The translations under genes and the position numbers were made by a program. Source: Ruditapes philippinarum (lineage: Eukaryota). From it: DNA of 64,000 nucleotides. The stretch is from positions 1-64,000 of the forward strand of contig NW_026853736.1 in assembly GCF_026571515.1 (NCBI RefSeq), read 5' to 3'. Positions within the stretch are counted from its first letter, which is position 1, and the number at the start of each line of letters is the position of its first letter. Below the pieces are notes generated by a model. It made no database searches. It was not told the origin of the DNA and saw nothing but the letters and a program-made list of their open reading frames with translations. Of the stretch, positions 24,086 through 37,515 are shown in pieces.

Positions 24086-25447
24086 CTAATTGTTTGATAT
24101 CAAAACCCCTGTAAAACTTGTCAATCGTTCACCCCATAAACTTCCATCTGCAGGATATATATGTTTAACCCAAACTTCGTCTCCAAGATTCATTTGAGCT
24201 GTCACAGTAACAGAACCTTGTGCATCCATTACCGAATTTCCTAGACCAAAGGCTTTCGCCAGAGGGAGACCATTTTTCGTTATCTGAGCATAGAGCTCTG
24301 TTCCAGACGTCAACACTGAAGTGGAAAAAAGATATATTCCGGCTTTTGGTGCAATAAATAAACCATGTTGACTGTGGTAGCCTCCACCTGTGTTAAGAAG
24401 AATTGTCTCAAATTTAATATTTTCATTTGTTCCAAGATGTGTAATTTTGCGCTTATCAGACACTGCATGGAATGCCACTGGACCCTCTATGTTAGCTACA
24501 AAACGTTTCTTACTCCGTTTTAATTGTTCTTTTCGATTTCGTATATTCCCATCCCCATTACTACGTGTTCTTTCGATAGATATAGGCATGTTTTTAACCA
24601 TTTGTTCACTAGATTTCTTGAATTTAAATGCCTCTTTTTTCGTTTGTGTTTCATTTTCATAAAAACTTGAGTTATTGGATGGTTTCCGGCTTTTATCAGA
24701 TACTGTGGGATTAACTTGTAACAGCATTTTGTCGTTATCATTACTTGTAAATTGTAGTAGATTTCTGCTTTCCTCTGACAACTTACTTAGGTCATGTTGA
24801 AGCTTGGTGTATCTTTTGTACTTTTCTTGTTGTGTATAAGAAAATTTTGCCGCGTCTTTCATGATGTTTTCAATAGTTTGATCCATGACTTGTATCTTTC
24901 TCTCCTGGTCAGCAAGTTGTTTCGTCAAACGATCAATTACTATGGATTTTTCTTTGTCTGAAATATAAGTCATGAAGTTCTCCAGAGTAAAGGTAAATTG
25001 TGTAGGTGTATTCATACAGCAAATTACCGTATCAAGACTTAAAACTGTTGTTTATCTTTTTTATGTACAAATTCAATCAATAATGATATATACAAAATTA
25101 AGGAGGTATTACATTGACATAACAGTAGCTTAGCGGCAAATTTCTGTCACATAGGCGGAAAAATTGCAACATGTACTGAGGAGCACTAAATCATAATAAT
25201 ATCCACATTCAATTTAGCAAATATGGCTTTGAATGGTATCTAATTCTCCATATGTTATCAACAGACTTAATAAAAAATGAAAAAGATAATATAAGAACTA
25301 TAAGTAAAACTGTACAAATTTACCTCTTTTTTCGAGAGTTTCCATCCTTTGAATCAAAGTCATTGTTCCGGAGCCGACATAACAAAAGGAAAATGGTAAC
25401 AGCAAAAGCATCAGCAGAAAGGAGTTTACGGCGTTATTCGGTGCCAT
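24086..25447 (-). CDS. Secreted C1q-domain protein, copy A2; exons 25324-25447 and 24086-24957; 331 aa
   Basis: Same exon lengths (124 + 872 nt) and phase-1 GT/AG sites as copy A1; complete gC1q domain. Confidence 0.92.
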
Positions 25448-27199
25448 TTTCTTGCTTGTATTGAAGTGGAAAAGAACACTTATCAAGTTTAAATGTACAA
25501 GTTTTAATTCTATGTCTGATAAGACAATCTTAATTTGGATAAGTATGAACTTACGTCGTGAATATTACGCCTACGACATTTTGTAACATGTCAAGAAAAG
25601 CAAATTTAAAAGAAAGAAATAATAATATAATAAAAACAATTAAATAAACAAATAAATAATTATCTTCATGTATATATCACATTTTCAAATTCTTCGTTAT
25701 ATATATTCTTTTTAATTTCAATAAGAAAATAAAGGAGCTGATTTCAATGTATTTTGCAAGCGTAAAGTATCACACGTTCGTTTGTAATTAATGATTGTTA
25801 ATTAAACTAGCTTGTGGTATCATTTGAGGAGTCGTGTAATATAATTATGTTATTGCTTAAATATATTAATATATTATTAATATATTATTGTTTAAAGAAT
25901 AATTATACAGAAAATGCTGACTGCAGACTATAACATACAACACTTTTCTGGATTTGGCAAATTGGCAGCATAATTAGAGAGGGTTTACATATCAGGCCAT
26001 AATTAAGATTTTTATTACTGGCATCCGTTAATTTCTCTGACCTTCAGTTGCACTATCTATCATACGGTGGTGCACTGTTTAGTACGTACATTATAGCATG
26101 TAGTTTACCTTGTTAAGTAAGCTGCGGAAGTTAATTCTATTTCCGGTGTTATTTTAGAAATGCTTTCAAAATTAAAACTAAGAACTATGTAATAAGAATA
26201 CAATATAGCTAAAGATATTGTTTTCATTTAAATCATGGTACAAAAAGCCCCATATCACAGGTTTGTTTATATTAAAACTCCTTTGATAAAACGAAAATCA
26301 CGTTATTTTAGACAGAAGCCATTGATGTTCCAATCCGGACAAGAGTTTCATTTTAAACATAAATATCGTATCGTGGTTTTTCTTTACCGCATGCTCTGGC
26401 AAGATCCGAATCATTTTTAGATATTCAAATCACTTGGCAATACACGAGGACTGTCCTTAAAGTACGCGGAATTGTTCTTAAACATTGTTATTCTAAGTAT
26501 CTTATGGCTCTTGAATAATGAATGTATTAAACAAATACGATAAAAAATATAGAATTTTAACAAAAAACAAAACAAACGTGCCACCAAAATCTTCCGAAAC
26601 ACACTAACAGTTTTAGCAATGTTCAAGGACGTCAGTCAATTCTAAACGCACTCGAAGTTCAGTGAAGGATTACCTTAAAAAAAGAAGTCGACACTTATTG
26701 CAACACATTTACGCTATCTCTGAATTCATTTGTTGAACATGTAAATATAGAAAATATAATTATAGTCAATGACAGCGTTCTGTGTCAATTTTAAAGTCAA
26801 GGTGATGGCCGCGTAGCATATTCTTTACCTCAAGGCTGATCCACATTTTTTATAGTATTCTATGAGCTTCCTCTCAATCTTTCATGTCATTTACACACTT
26901 TGAACGATTTTCAACACTTTGGTAAGGATGGACATATCATTTAGAATATCTTCGCCTCATTCTCCCGTTTCTGCCAACGTCATTATTTTAGCAGTTTTTC
27001 TTGCAGCTCAGTTGAATTTAAAAACAAAAATAAACTACTACAACTGAGTCTAGGATAGATTTTGGATAAAGAAGTGACCATTCTATTGTTTGCCTTATAC
27101 TAAAAAGTAATACCATCAAACGAAATAAACTCTTCGGGAAATTTAATAATTTTTTATTGAAAGACATTAAACACATCGTTTAAATTAAAAAAGTAAGAA

Positions 27200-29452
27200 A
27201 AGATACAAAACAAAATTATTCGGAAGAAAATCAAAACTTAGAGATTATTCCTGATACTGACATAAAATTTAAAATAAACGATCAACTATTTTTCGAAACA
27301 TTACTCATGGAAATACGCGTTAAATCTATTTCATGCTCCAGATTTTTAAAAAGCAATCCAATAAAAGAGAAAAAGAAAGTGTTGAAAACCTTAACAAATT
27401 ACAGAGAAACGAACAAATTAACAAGGAATAAATTTAAACTAAAACAACGGAGCTGAATAAAACAAGAGAGAGGAAACAAGAGGGTTTTAAAATAAGGTCA
27501 AAGGCAATTTGGGTTGACAAAGGAGAACAACCAACACAATATTTTTGTTCTCTCGAAAAACGAAATTATATTTAATTTAGCAAATGTACGTATGCCAAAT
27601 TTAGTAAAAACCTAATGGGGAAACAACAAAAACCGAAGAAGAAATTATAAAAGAAGTTCGGAATTTTTACAAAGATCTTTATTCTGAAAGAAATGTCATA
27701 GATATTAACCTTCATGAACATTTGAACATCAATGGTATTCCCAAACTTTCTGTTAATCAAACGAATTTGATGGACGGTAAAATTTCAAAAGAAGAAGAAT
27801 CTCTCGCTCTTTCAAATATGAAAAAAATCTAAAAAAAAAAAACCCGGTTCAGATGGATTAACAGCTGAAGGAAAAAACACAATAAGTTTATATGATATTT
27901 TTCATTACACAGAAAAAAATGAAATACCAGACTTATTATTGTTCATACTCTGTGCAGAAATATTGGCCCTCATAATACGTAAAAATGAAAATATTACTGG
28001 TATCAAAATAGGCGATAAAGAACACCTTGTCTCACAATATGCAGACGACAAGACTTTGGATGGTAGAAAAAATCTTTGAAAAATGCGCCTTTGGTATTGA
28101 AATTCTATGCCAATGCCTCCGGCTTTCGCATCAATATAGATAAAACTAAGGTTATTTGGTTTGGAAGCATGAAGGGTAGCGATATTAAATTTCAAACAGG
28201 AGAAAATATTTCATGGGAAAATGAAAATTTCAATGTTCTTGGAATTAAATACTCGCTCAATCTGAATGAGATAATCAATCTTAACTATAATGAGAAATTA
28301 GCAGATATAAAATCGTTTTTACAGCAATGGTCGAAAAGAATGGGAAAATACCTGTTATTAAAACATTGACTTTATCAAAAATCAATCATCTACTTATTTC
28401 TCTTCCAAAATAATCAAAGAACTAGAATCTCTATATTTTAATTTTCTTTGGAATTACTCAAGAGACAAGATTAAACGAGAAGTTTTTATTAAACCGATTT
28501 CAGAAGGTGGCTTAAACATGATTAAACTAAAATCCTTCATTCAATCTTTAAAGTTGGATCAGACGTATGTTCGATGAAAACAAAAAATAGAAAAACATCA
28601 TCGAACATTCTTTTCAAGATATATATAATCTTTCAAAATTGGGTCCTGACTTTGTAAAAAATCAGTTACATAGAATCGATAACCCGTTTTGGAAAGATAT
28701 TTTCTTAACATGGATATATTTTATCCGAATGTTCAAATAAAAGGTATAAAAGGTAAAGGTCTTGTTAATAATGGTGTCATCCCTTCTTAAAGGGCCAGCC
28801 ATTTCTGACTTATGAGACACCTTTTGTTGTATACCAAGTACCTCCCAACTCCTACCGCTATGCCAGGCGCCCGGCGGATAGAAATCGGTAACCATGCATT
28901 TCAACGAAGCGGCCATTTCGGAACGAGTCCCACGAGAAACATTCATCCTTCAATTAACGCTCCCCGTGGGGCTCGAACCTTCGACCTAGCTCCTGATCCG
29001 AAGGTGGACGCCTTAACCTGTAGGCCAACGGGGGGAATATCATTAGCAACCAATCTGGTTTAATCCAACTGAAGGTCGGAGGCTCATCGATTTTTTATAA
29101 TAATATGTTTCAAAAAGGTATTACATTTGTTGCTGATTTGACAGATAATGATGGTCAATTTCATAGTTTACAAACTATACAAAATATTCTACAATTAAAC
29201 ATACATTTCCTGCAATATAAGGGACTTTTAAGACCCTTAACACATTTTAGAGTTAAACTTGAAATATATACTGAACAGTTTAATACGTTGAAACCAATCA
29301 TTCCCAAACAAATTCAAGTAATCACACAAAACATAAAAGGCCGTCATCCTATTTATGAAATTTTAGTTGACAATAAAAACACCCAACATCTCAAGATAAA
29401 TGGAAACATGAACTATTATAACCCGAAACTTTCGAATGGAAAAAAGTATACA
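27200..29452 (+). mobile_element. Decayed L1/Tx1-type LINE ORF2 (reverse transcriptase region), 5' part
   Basis: Fragmented motifs INDQLFFETLLMEIR, PGSDGLTAE, LCAEILA, SQYADD, SGFRINIDKTKVIWFG, EGGL, QPIWFN; many frameshifts. Confidence 0.85.
28739..29035 (-). mobile_element. tRNA-derived SINE inserted in the LINE
   Basis: Minus strand A-box TGGCCTACAGG, B-box GGTTCGAGCCC, tRNA-Arg(TCG)-like loop, (ACCTTT)n tail; GC-rich block interrupting the LINE frame. Confidence 0.8.
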
Positions 29453-31690
29453 CAACTCGTCGCTTGAAAAACGTTTTGTTCTAAGTGCCAATTTGTTGTT
29501 TTTGAGAAAAAAGCATGTAAAGATTTAGTATTGCATAACTTTTTTATTTATTGTCGGATTTTGAAAATTTAAAAACAAATAAACGTGGTGTCAGGAAAAC
29601 AACTCAGTATCGTTAAAGATATGTGGATTTTAATATTTCCTTGCTTAAAAACCTAAAAAAACATTTGGAGATAGAACAGTCCTTGTAACTTTTTTTCAAA
29701 AAATGTTAAAATCAGAGTGTTCAATGTGACTTAGAACATTATGTCTTTTAAGTTGAATTGATTTATATCATATAAAACAATATGTTTTATCTTTAAAAGG
29801 CTGCCAAAATGCTCTCGGCTAATTATCCCTTGATTAGTTGACTTTGACACTACACTATTTCTTAGACCATATGTATCTAACTACATGAACTATGACATTC
29901 GAAATCTTATTAAAATCCTTAAATCCATTACATTATTAAATGACATTTAAACAAATAATTTAAATAAATAAAGATAAAATACCCACATAAATTTTGTAGA
30001 CATTTTATCTATTTTTATAACTTTGGCCACATTCAAAGTGATTCAATGTCTGGAAAAAGAAAGTTATAGCCGCAAACGGGAAAAGAAAACTTTCAAATTT
30101 TCTAGAATGCTGGGAAAATCTTTCAAGATTTTTTTTATGAAAATTCAAAAGATGGTCAAATTCAAATTCCTTCCAAAAGTATGAAATAGTAGTAATTATT
30201 TTGTTATGCGCTTTACACGTTCTGTGTGTTGGTAAGAAGTTCTTATAATTGAAGGTATGTAAAAAAAATGTTTCTATAACTTAAATAGGCAATGAAAACA
30301 TATCTGCTAGAAAAGACCTTAAAGGTGGAGCAGGCATGACTTATATTTGAAAAATGTCATATTTAAAGATTGTTCGTGTACAAAAACATTACAAACATAA
30401 TGCTATATAAATATTCATTTAGAAATTCAAAGTCAAATTACAAGACAAACAAAATATACGTATAAGAATATTTTTCTTCCTTCTGTCTTTGGTATAAAAT
30501 GTGTTTACTTTAAAGCAATCTATTAGTTATATAACATTAACGCATTCGAAAACATATATTATATGTAAACGTATAATATCTATAAATTTTCTTAAAGGCC
30601 TTTTTTGCCCCAGAAATGCTTTTATCTTAATCTCTCAAAAGCCTGATATTTGGAGTTCTGTTATAGTTTCCAAAATATTCCACATTGGTCAGTAACCTAA
30701 ACCATCTTATGCTTTTGTTTCATATTGGCAATGAGTACAGTCAATTTTTTAAACTCATATGTGTCTGTTATAAAGATAAATAATTGGTTTCTGAGACAGA
30801 ATGTACCTTACGTTAAAGAAACTTTAGAACATATAACAAATTTTCTTTTTTACGAATTTGTTTGATGAAATTGTATGATCACAGTTGTTTCTATCCGAAA
30901 ATACACATCCGAAATTACTTTCAAATCATGATCAGTTTTGCTTGTTGTTTAATCACATGCAGTAAATTTACAGGACTTAATACTAAAATGTCAATGATTG
31001 GAGGGAATAAATGAATACATAATATCATTCAATACTTATATTTAGTATTAATATATTAAATAAACAACAAACCATCTAACTCAAAATGTTTCGTACAACA
31101 TGGCGGGTGTCCTGCTATCACGTGATTTGATGCTATGTTTTGATACGATACTTTTGGATTTAGAACAGTATGTTGCATATATCCCACAGCCCAGCAAACA
31201 AAAGACGTTGTACCAACATTGTACTGACGTTAGACCCTGACGTTGGGTAAACGTTGGCAGAAGGTTGGATTTGAAAGTTTTTTAGACGTCAGAAAACCGA
31301 CGTCTATACAACGTCATATAATGACCTTTATCCAACCTTTTCTGACCATAATCCAACTTTTTCTGACCATTATCTGACCATAATCCAACCTTTCCTGACC
31401 ATTATTTGGACATAATCCGACCTTTTCTGACCATAATCCAACCTTTTCTGACCATTATCTGACCATAATCCAACCTTATCTGACCAAATTTTCTGACCAT
31501 GATTTAGACTTTAACCTCATTCAAAACTTTTGGAATACGATTTTTTTAATAATAGGGTAAACAAATAAGCATTCTTTTAAATTTAGCAATTTATTTGCAT
31601 ACTCGGAATCACAAGTTCCAAACAAGAAATGTGGTACGATAACAAATGCAAGATTTACATAATATTTTTTGAAACTATTAAACTTGAAAG

Positions 31691-32620
31691 TACGAGGGTT
31701 GATCAATAAATTCGTGGACACACTCCATAAATTGTTTTTTTGGGGAAGGAAAGTTAATATAATTATATTTGACATTTATTCAATTATTTATCAATTTGAT
31801 GTGTAAGTTTCAGATAAATAATCCATATATTTTATCCGAAATGACAGTTTTCAGAAATACATGTAAAGCTGATCGCCGCAGCTCATTTGCAACTTACGCT
31901 ACGTCGTGACGTCGGCGTTACATCTTCTCAAATACAATGCAGCACCAACTTTTACACATCGTTCATACCTGTGTACCCACCGACTGAAAATGTTCTTATA
32001 CAATGAAGTATCAAATAAACGCAACACAGACAATGCTATGGACTGCAAATCATGGAACCCGGTTAACTTGTGTCCCTTTAACTCTGCCTTCAATTTCACT
32101 CGCATAACGTTCGCATCGCAACAAGTTTTAATTGGTCTGCCGCATCTCTTATCATCTTAAAGTTCTTCTCTACCCTCACAGAAGTGTATGTGTCACTTAT
32201 AAACTAACGAATAAGACACTTTTTTTGTTCCAGATACAATTTCCATATTTTCTTTAGTTTGCTTTGGCGTCATACCAAGATTAACACAGAACTTAATTAC
32301 TGCCCTCTGCTCCAACAACGTCGTGCTCCTCTCTGGTGACACACCCCTGTCTCCATTAACATCTCCAACAAACAAAAAAAATAGTAGCGACGCTTGTTTT
32401 TTTAAATGTTCTATAAACGATATGAAAGAACGTTGCCGTCATTTTCATATTTTAAAGAAGCACGCCAAAATAAGGACAATTTTTAAGTATTTCAAAATGG
32501 TAAATATAACTTTTTTTTTAGCTGCGGCGTTCGTATGGTATAGGGTTGCTATGGCGATACATATAATGAACAAAATGAGATTTGTTTTTAAAAAATCACA
32601 ATATATTTGAATAGTATTAA
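31691..32620 (-). mobile_element. Internally deleted mariner element
   Basis: TA|CGAGGGTTGATCAATAAATT terminus. N-terminal EQRAVIKFCVNLG..VYK and RCGRP are fused to C-terminal KLKAELKG..FSRWVHRYERCV; the DD34D core is missing. The opposite end is uncertain. Confidence 0.8.
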
Positions 32621-33867
32621 ATTCTTCTCCTAAATAGCAAAAAATCTTTATAATATCTTAATATCTATAATATCTTCTCGTAAGTACTTTAATAACGCTT
32701 TATGTATTAAATAAGCATGTTTTAGAAATTAGATACACACAATCCTTCTTGAATATTACCACTGACATTTTGTATAGTAAACATCCATGCATGTGTTTTT
32801 TTTTATTTCACCACTGATCATGAACTGATCACCCTGATTTTGGGATTTTCCAATCATCTATCCAGTTCACTGATTGTATATTTGTCTTTGTATTTTATAA
32901 CTGAATCTAGATCTGAATGTAAAATGGAACAATATTCTGAATATTTTGTTATTATTATAAATAGCAATGTTTATGTATCTTCTTTCGTCGTCCTCCACTG
33001 TGTCGATCTGGGGCATACTGTAAGCGTATCATTACCGTCTCCAACCTAAATCTCATCACACTTTCTGAAAATAAAAAAAATAAAATAATCAATTACAAGT
33101 GCAAGAAATAAATCACTTTTACATATTACAATTAAACGAAATTCTGATAAACTCTCCAACTACTTAAAAAAGATATTTATTATTTTCTATCTAGTTCAAA
33201 CCATATGTAGTTAAGTGTACCTATATATCTATTGATTTTGATAAAAATGGCTTCGTGAATTTCATTATATAAAATCAAGGGTAATAAGATCACTGTATTT
33301 TCTATAATATTTTGAAATATACCTGTCACAAAATCTTGGTAAGTTTTCGTTTTTCTTTTCCTCTTAATACTTTCATCTTCCTCCTGAACTTTTGCCAGAT
33401 GTTGAATTATCATAATTTCCACAATCTGAAAGACGAAATATAATCATTTTAGAATTTAACCATGTGGTGGAAGGATGTTTGTCTAATACAATAGGCAAAA
33501 TCCAAATACTATTAATCTTAGTTAACTCATAAGGGCATGAAAAACTTACATAACAAATACCAAATTAATTCTACTCCCGCAAAAAATTGATATTGTTATT
33601 TTTTATATTCAATGTAATTTATACAAATTTTCAAACAACATCAAAGAAATTCACATGTTACTGTCATTTTTATAGATATCATCTCTGCCCAGCATGATCC
33701 GATCTGCTAGGTGTATATAGGACAGACTGGCTTAGTGTACAAACGTTTTATGATACGAACATATAACTTGTTGATAAGCAGGCTAATTAACAAACTATTA
33801 CTTTTATTGATTTATAACTATGATAATGTGTTTTCTGATTTATAATATGTTGTTTGATTACATTAAT

Positions 33868-35464
33868 AACAAGAGCTGTCAGTAGGACAGCATGCTCGAC
33901 TATTCTAAGTGCTTGATAGTAAAAGAGCCTTCATAATGTTAAATTTTTTAAGTTCACTAAAGGGCCAATTTTTTTTTATAAATTCATGTTATAGGCCAAT
34001 TATACAGTATTGGCTTGACTATTCGGAAGGTAATGTCACAAGGGTGTTTTATTGAGTATAATAATACTAATAACCTATGAATACATAAATTTGACAGAAA
34101 AGGTACAAAGGCTTGTTATTAAGATGTTTTATCAAGTAAATCACTGCTTTATTATTATGAATGCATAAAATTGTCCCAAAAAGGCACAAACCCTTCAGTA
34201 GTTATTGAGATAACACTCACTGCTTACAAGCAAAACTTTACCATGAATTTCTAAGTTGAAAAAGGGGAGAAAAATCAGCCTAAATGCAAGATAGAATTAT
34301 GGATCTTTGTCAGTGACCTACAATTATGACCCTAAATGCATATGTGAAGTTTTAAATAAATATCTTTAATTGTTATTGAGATATGTAAAACTTGCATGTT
34401 AACATTAACCAAGAGACTAAGTAGAAAAGGGAATATGAATCAGCCTTAATGCAAGATAGAGTTATGGAACTTGGTCAGTGACATACAATTATGACCCTAA
34501 GTGCATGTGTAAAGTTTCAAGTAAATATCTTTGAAGACCTTTAACCTTTAACCAAAATTTCTAACTTTCAAAGGGGCAAATAATTCTGCAAATTTTGCAG
34601 ACAGAGTTATGCAATTTTGCAAACTGATGTACATTGTTACTATAAAAAAGTATTTTAAATTTCAATTGAATATCTCAAGCAATAATTGAGATATTTGACT
34701 TTATAAATAAAACTTTAACCAAAATTTCTAAGTTCCAAAGGGGCATAATTCTGTCAATATTGTAGGCAGAGTTATCCAACTTGTCAATCTGATGTACCTT
34801 GTTACTATAAATAAGTATTGTAAGTTTCAATTGAATATCTCAAGCAATAATTGAGATATTTGACTTTACAAAAAACTTTAACCAAAATTTCTAAGTTAAA
34901 AAGGGGCATAATTCTGTCAATATTGTAGGCAGAGTTATCCAACTTGTCAATCTGATGTACCTTGTTACTATAAATAAAGTATTGTAAGTTTCAATTGAAT
35001 ATCTCAAGCAATAATTGAGATATTTGACTTTATAAAAAAACTTTAACCAAAATTTCTAAGTTAAAAAGGGGCATAATTCTGTCAATATTGTAGGCAGAGT
35101 TATCCAACTTGTCAATCTGATGTACCTTGTTACTATAAATAAGTATTGTAAGTCTCAATTGAATATCTCAAGCAATAATTGAGATATTTGACTTTACAAA
35201 AAACTTTAACCAAAATTTCTAAGTTTAAAAGGGGCATAATTCTGTCAATATTGTAGGCAGAGTTATCCAACTTGTCAATCTGATGTACCTTGTTACTATA
35301 AATAAGTATTGTAAGTTTCAATTGAATATCTCAAGTAATAATTGAGATATTTGACTTTACAAAAAACTTTAACCAACGCAGACGCCGACGCGGACGCTGA
35401 CGCCGACGCCGACGCCGGGGCGACTACAATAGCTCTCATATTCTTCGAATAGTCGAGCTAAAAA
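33868..35464 (+). mobile_element. Helentron/HINE-like non-autonomous element with a 163-bp central satellite
   Basis: AACAAGAGCTGTC..GCTCGACTATTC 5' end; about 5 near-identical 163-bp units plus diverged ones; (GACGCC)n microsatellite; 3' end GAATAGTCGAGCTAAAA. Confidence 0.8.
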
Positions 35465-36889
35465 GAGAGCTAGTCAGAAACAATGTGCTTTCAGATATAT
35501 CTTACCAAAGTCGTATCATTTACATGTATCAAATGCCATGAATCATTATCATTATATAAGAAACACATGGTATGCTTACAGTATTGGTAAAGTACTTCAA
35601 TTAACAACGAGTAGTTTAACAACTACACAGATATCAAAATCAAACTGTGCAGCTGATACATGTGTAAATGACTGGCCCCTTATGTAAGGGAAATTCATGT
35701 TGATTAGAAATAAGAGGGAATTTTATTTACCAGCATTTGAATAAATTATAAGAGTCTAACGTACTGCATTTAACTTTTTATTGATTTCAATTGCTAGGAT
35801 ATTTCCTACCATTGTTTGTGCATTTATTTGGCTTGGCGATATAGTGCGGGGAAAATGATCCGATGATACAGACTGTTCTATAGTAAATAATATAGTGCTC
35901 TTACGAGGAAAAAAAAAATTTTATCTCGTGAAATCACGTGACATTAGGTTTTACCAGTCAAACATTACAATGATCAAATAGCCATCGAATCCATGCAAAC
36001 ATGCGGTAAATAAGCATTGAAAAACAATATATAATGTTTGCCTACCTTTTCATTTTGTTTGGAATATTCAACTTTGTCTGTCAGCTCGTTGTTTTTTTGT
36101 CCGCCAATACAACTGAATTTCAAATCCGATATAGGCCTATGTCGCCAATTCGAATTTACTAAATTATTTACCACTATAAAATAAAGCCCTCAAAAATGAT
36201 AACAATTTCATTGTAAATTATATAAACACTTCTTAGACTAATTCGAGGAGATAAGATATTATTTAAACGAAAATAGAGCAAATATATTTCATACTGATCT
36301 GCGACTATCCGTTTACCGAGCGCCACCTATCAAATATCGTACGTAGCCACCCACGTGATACTGTTATTGTTTTGATGGATAAATAAATATATAATTTTCC
36401 CTTTCTAAACTTAAATTTAAAATTCTAGCTGTTTATGCTTTCATTTATATATATATTGGTTTCATAAATTAAATTCACCTATTGTCAGATTACCGACCAA
36501 AACCCGACGTCGAGTCGACGTCAAAATGAAACGTCTGTTAGACGTCGGAGATTCAACGTCGGTTTAACGTTGTATGAAGGTCACCGACGTCGCGACCAAA
36601 ATTCAACGTTGATCCAACGTTGTGTCAACGTCGGGTGTTTGCTGGGAGGTCACGTGACATTTATCGATGATATGATTAGTCCAGTAAGTTAGAACAGTCT
36701 ATTTATCAAGACATAGTAAATTTGTGGAGATAGAACAGGATGGTTATGTTGTAATTTATTTATGAAGCTCTGAAGCCCTAATAGAACATGCCAAGGAGAT
36801 AGAACAGTCCATTACAGACAAAATTGTGTATTTAACTTGTTATTGGAAAAATTGGAGATAGAACATTACAGTTTTCAAACGACGAACTG

Positions 36890-37100
36890 TTCACAAAATT
36901 ACGTCAGATACTAACTTAAGATACTTCCAGTACAAATTAATAAATAGAATCCTAGCAACAAATACTTTTTTAACTAAGATTGGAATAAAAGATGACAATA
37001 CGTGTTTTTTTTGTAGGGAAAATAACGAAACACTCTAACATCTTTTTTATGAATGTCGGTATGTTAGTCAATTTTGGCAGACTTTAAAAATTTTCATTAA
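36890..37100 (+). mobile_element. 3' continuation of the LINE ORF2 (CCHC zinc-binding region)
   Basis: HKITSDTNLRYFQYKLINRILATNTFLTKIGIKDDNTCFFCRENNETL*HLFYEC..VSQFW. Confidence 0.85.
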
Positions 37101-37345
37101 ATATTTTCTTATATTCTTCTTTCATTATAATGTAATACATATATTTTGTGACACATCATAAAAAAAGCTTCGGGCCACCAGTACATCGTACACTTCCAAT
37201 AGAGATGATATTTACTCTCTTTAGGCTTTTTTTAGAATCGTGTGGTAGAAAATGTTTTAATTTCAAACAATTACAGGTATGTTGTTTTTACATCAACATA
37301 CACAATTATTTAGATATTAAGATTGATGGAGCGCATACATGTTTG

Positions 37346-37515
37346 ACTCATCGTGAAGTCGGGGGTACTCCTGACTCCCGATCTTCATTAGCATGTTAGG
37401 GGTCGATGGTTGGGAGTGCAACTGGCACGGCCTGGGGCGCGCGTTGCCAAAAGACCGTGTTGGAGCTTCTATGCCCCAGGTCGTGCTCTGGTTGAGTTCA
37501 GGTCCACGATAGAGT
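37346..37515 (+). other. Unidentified highly structured GC-rich island
   Basis: A closing stem ACTCATCGTG/CACGATAGAGT encloses two hairpins; several G-U pairs on the plus strand. Confidence 0.45.

Larger units (their letters stand above)
31190..36646. mobile_element. CMC/EnSpm-like non-autonomous DNA transposon
   Basis: TIR CCCAGCAAACA...TGTTTGCTGGG with 2-bp TSD AG; ACGT-rich subterminal repeats; internal TCTGACCATAATCCAACCTTT tandem (31320-31500). Confidence 0.8.
29453..36889. mobile_element. Unclassified TIR DNA element splitting the LINE; hosts further insertions
   Basis: Left end CAACTCGTCGCTTGAAAAACGTTTTGTTCTAAGTGCCAATT is an inverted match to right end AATTGGAGATAGAACATTACAGTTTTCAAACGACGAACTG. 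Recurrent GGAGATAGAACA motif. LINE peptide WKKVYT resumes as HKITSDT. Confidence 0.72.
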
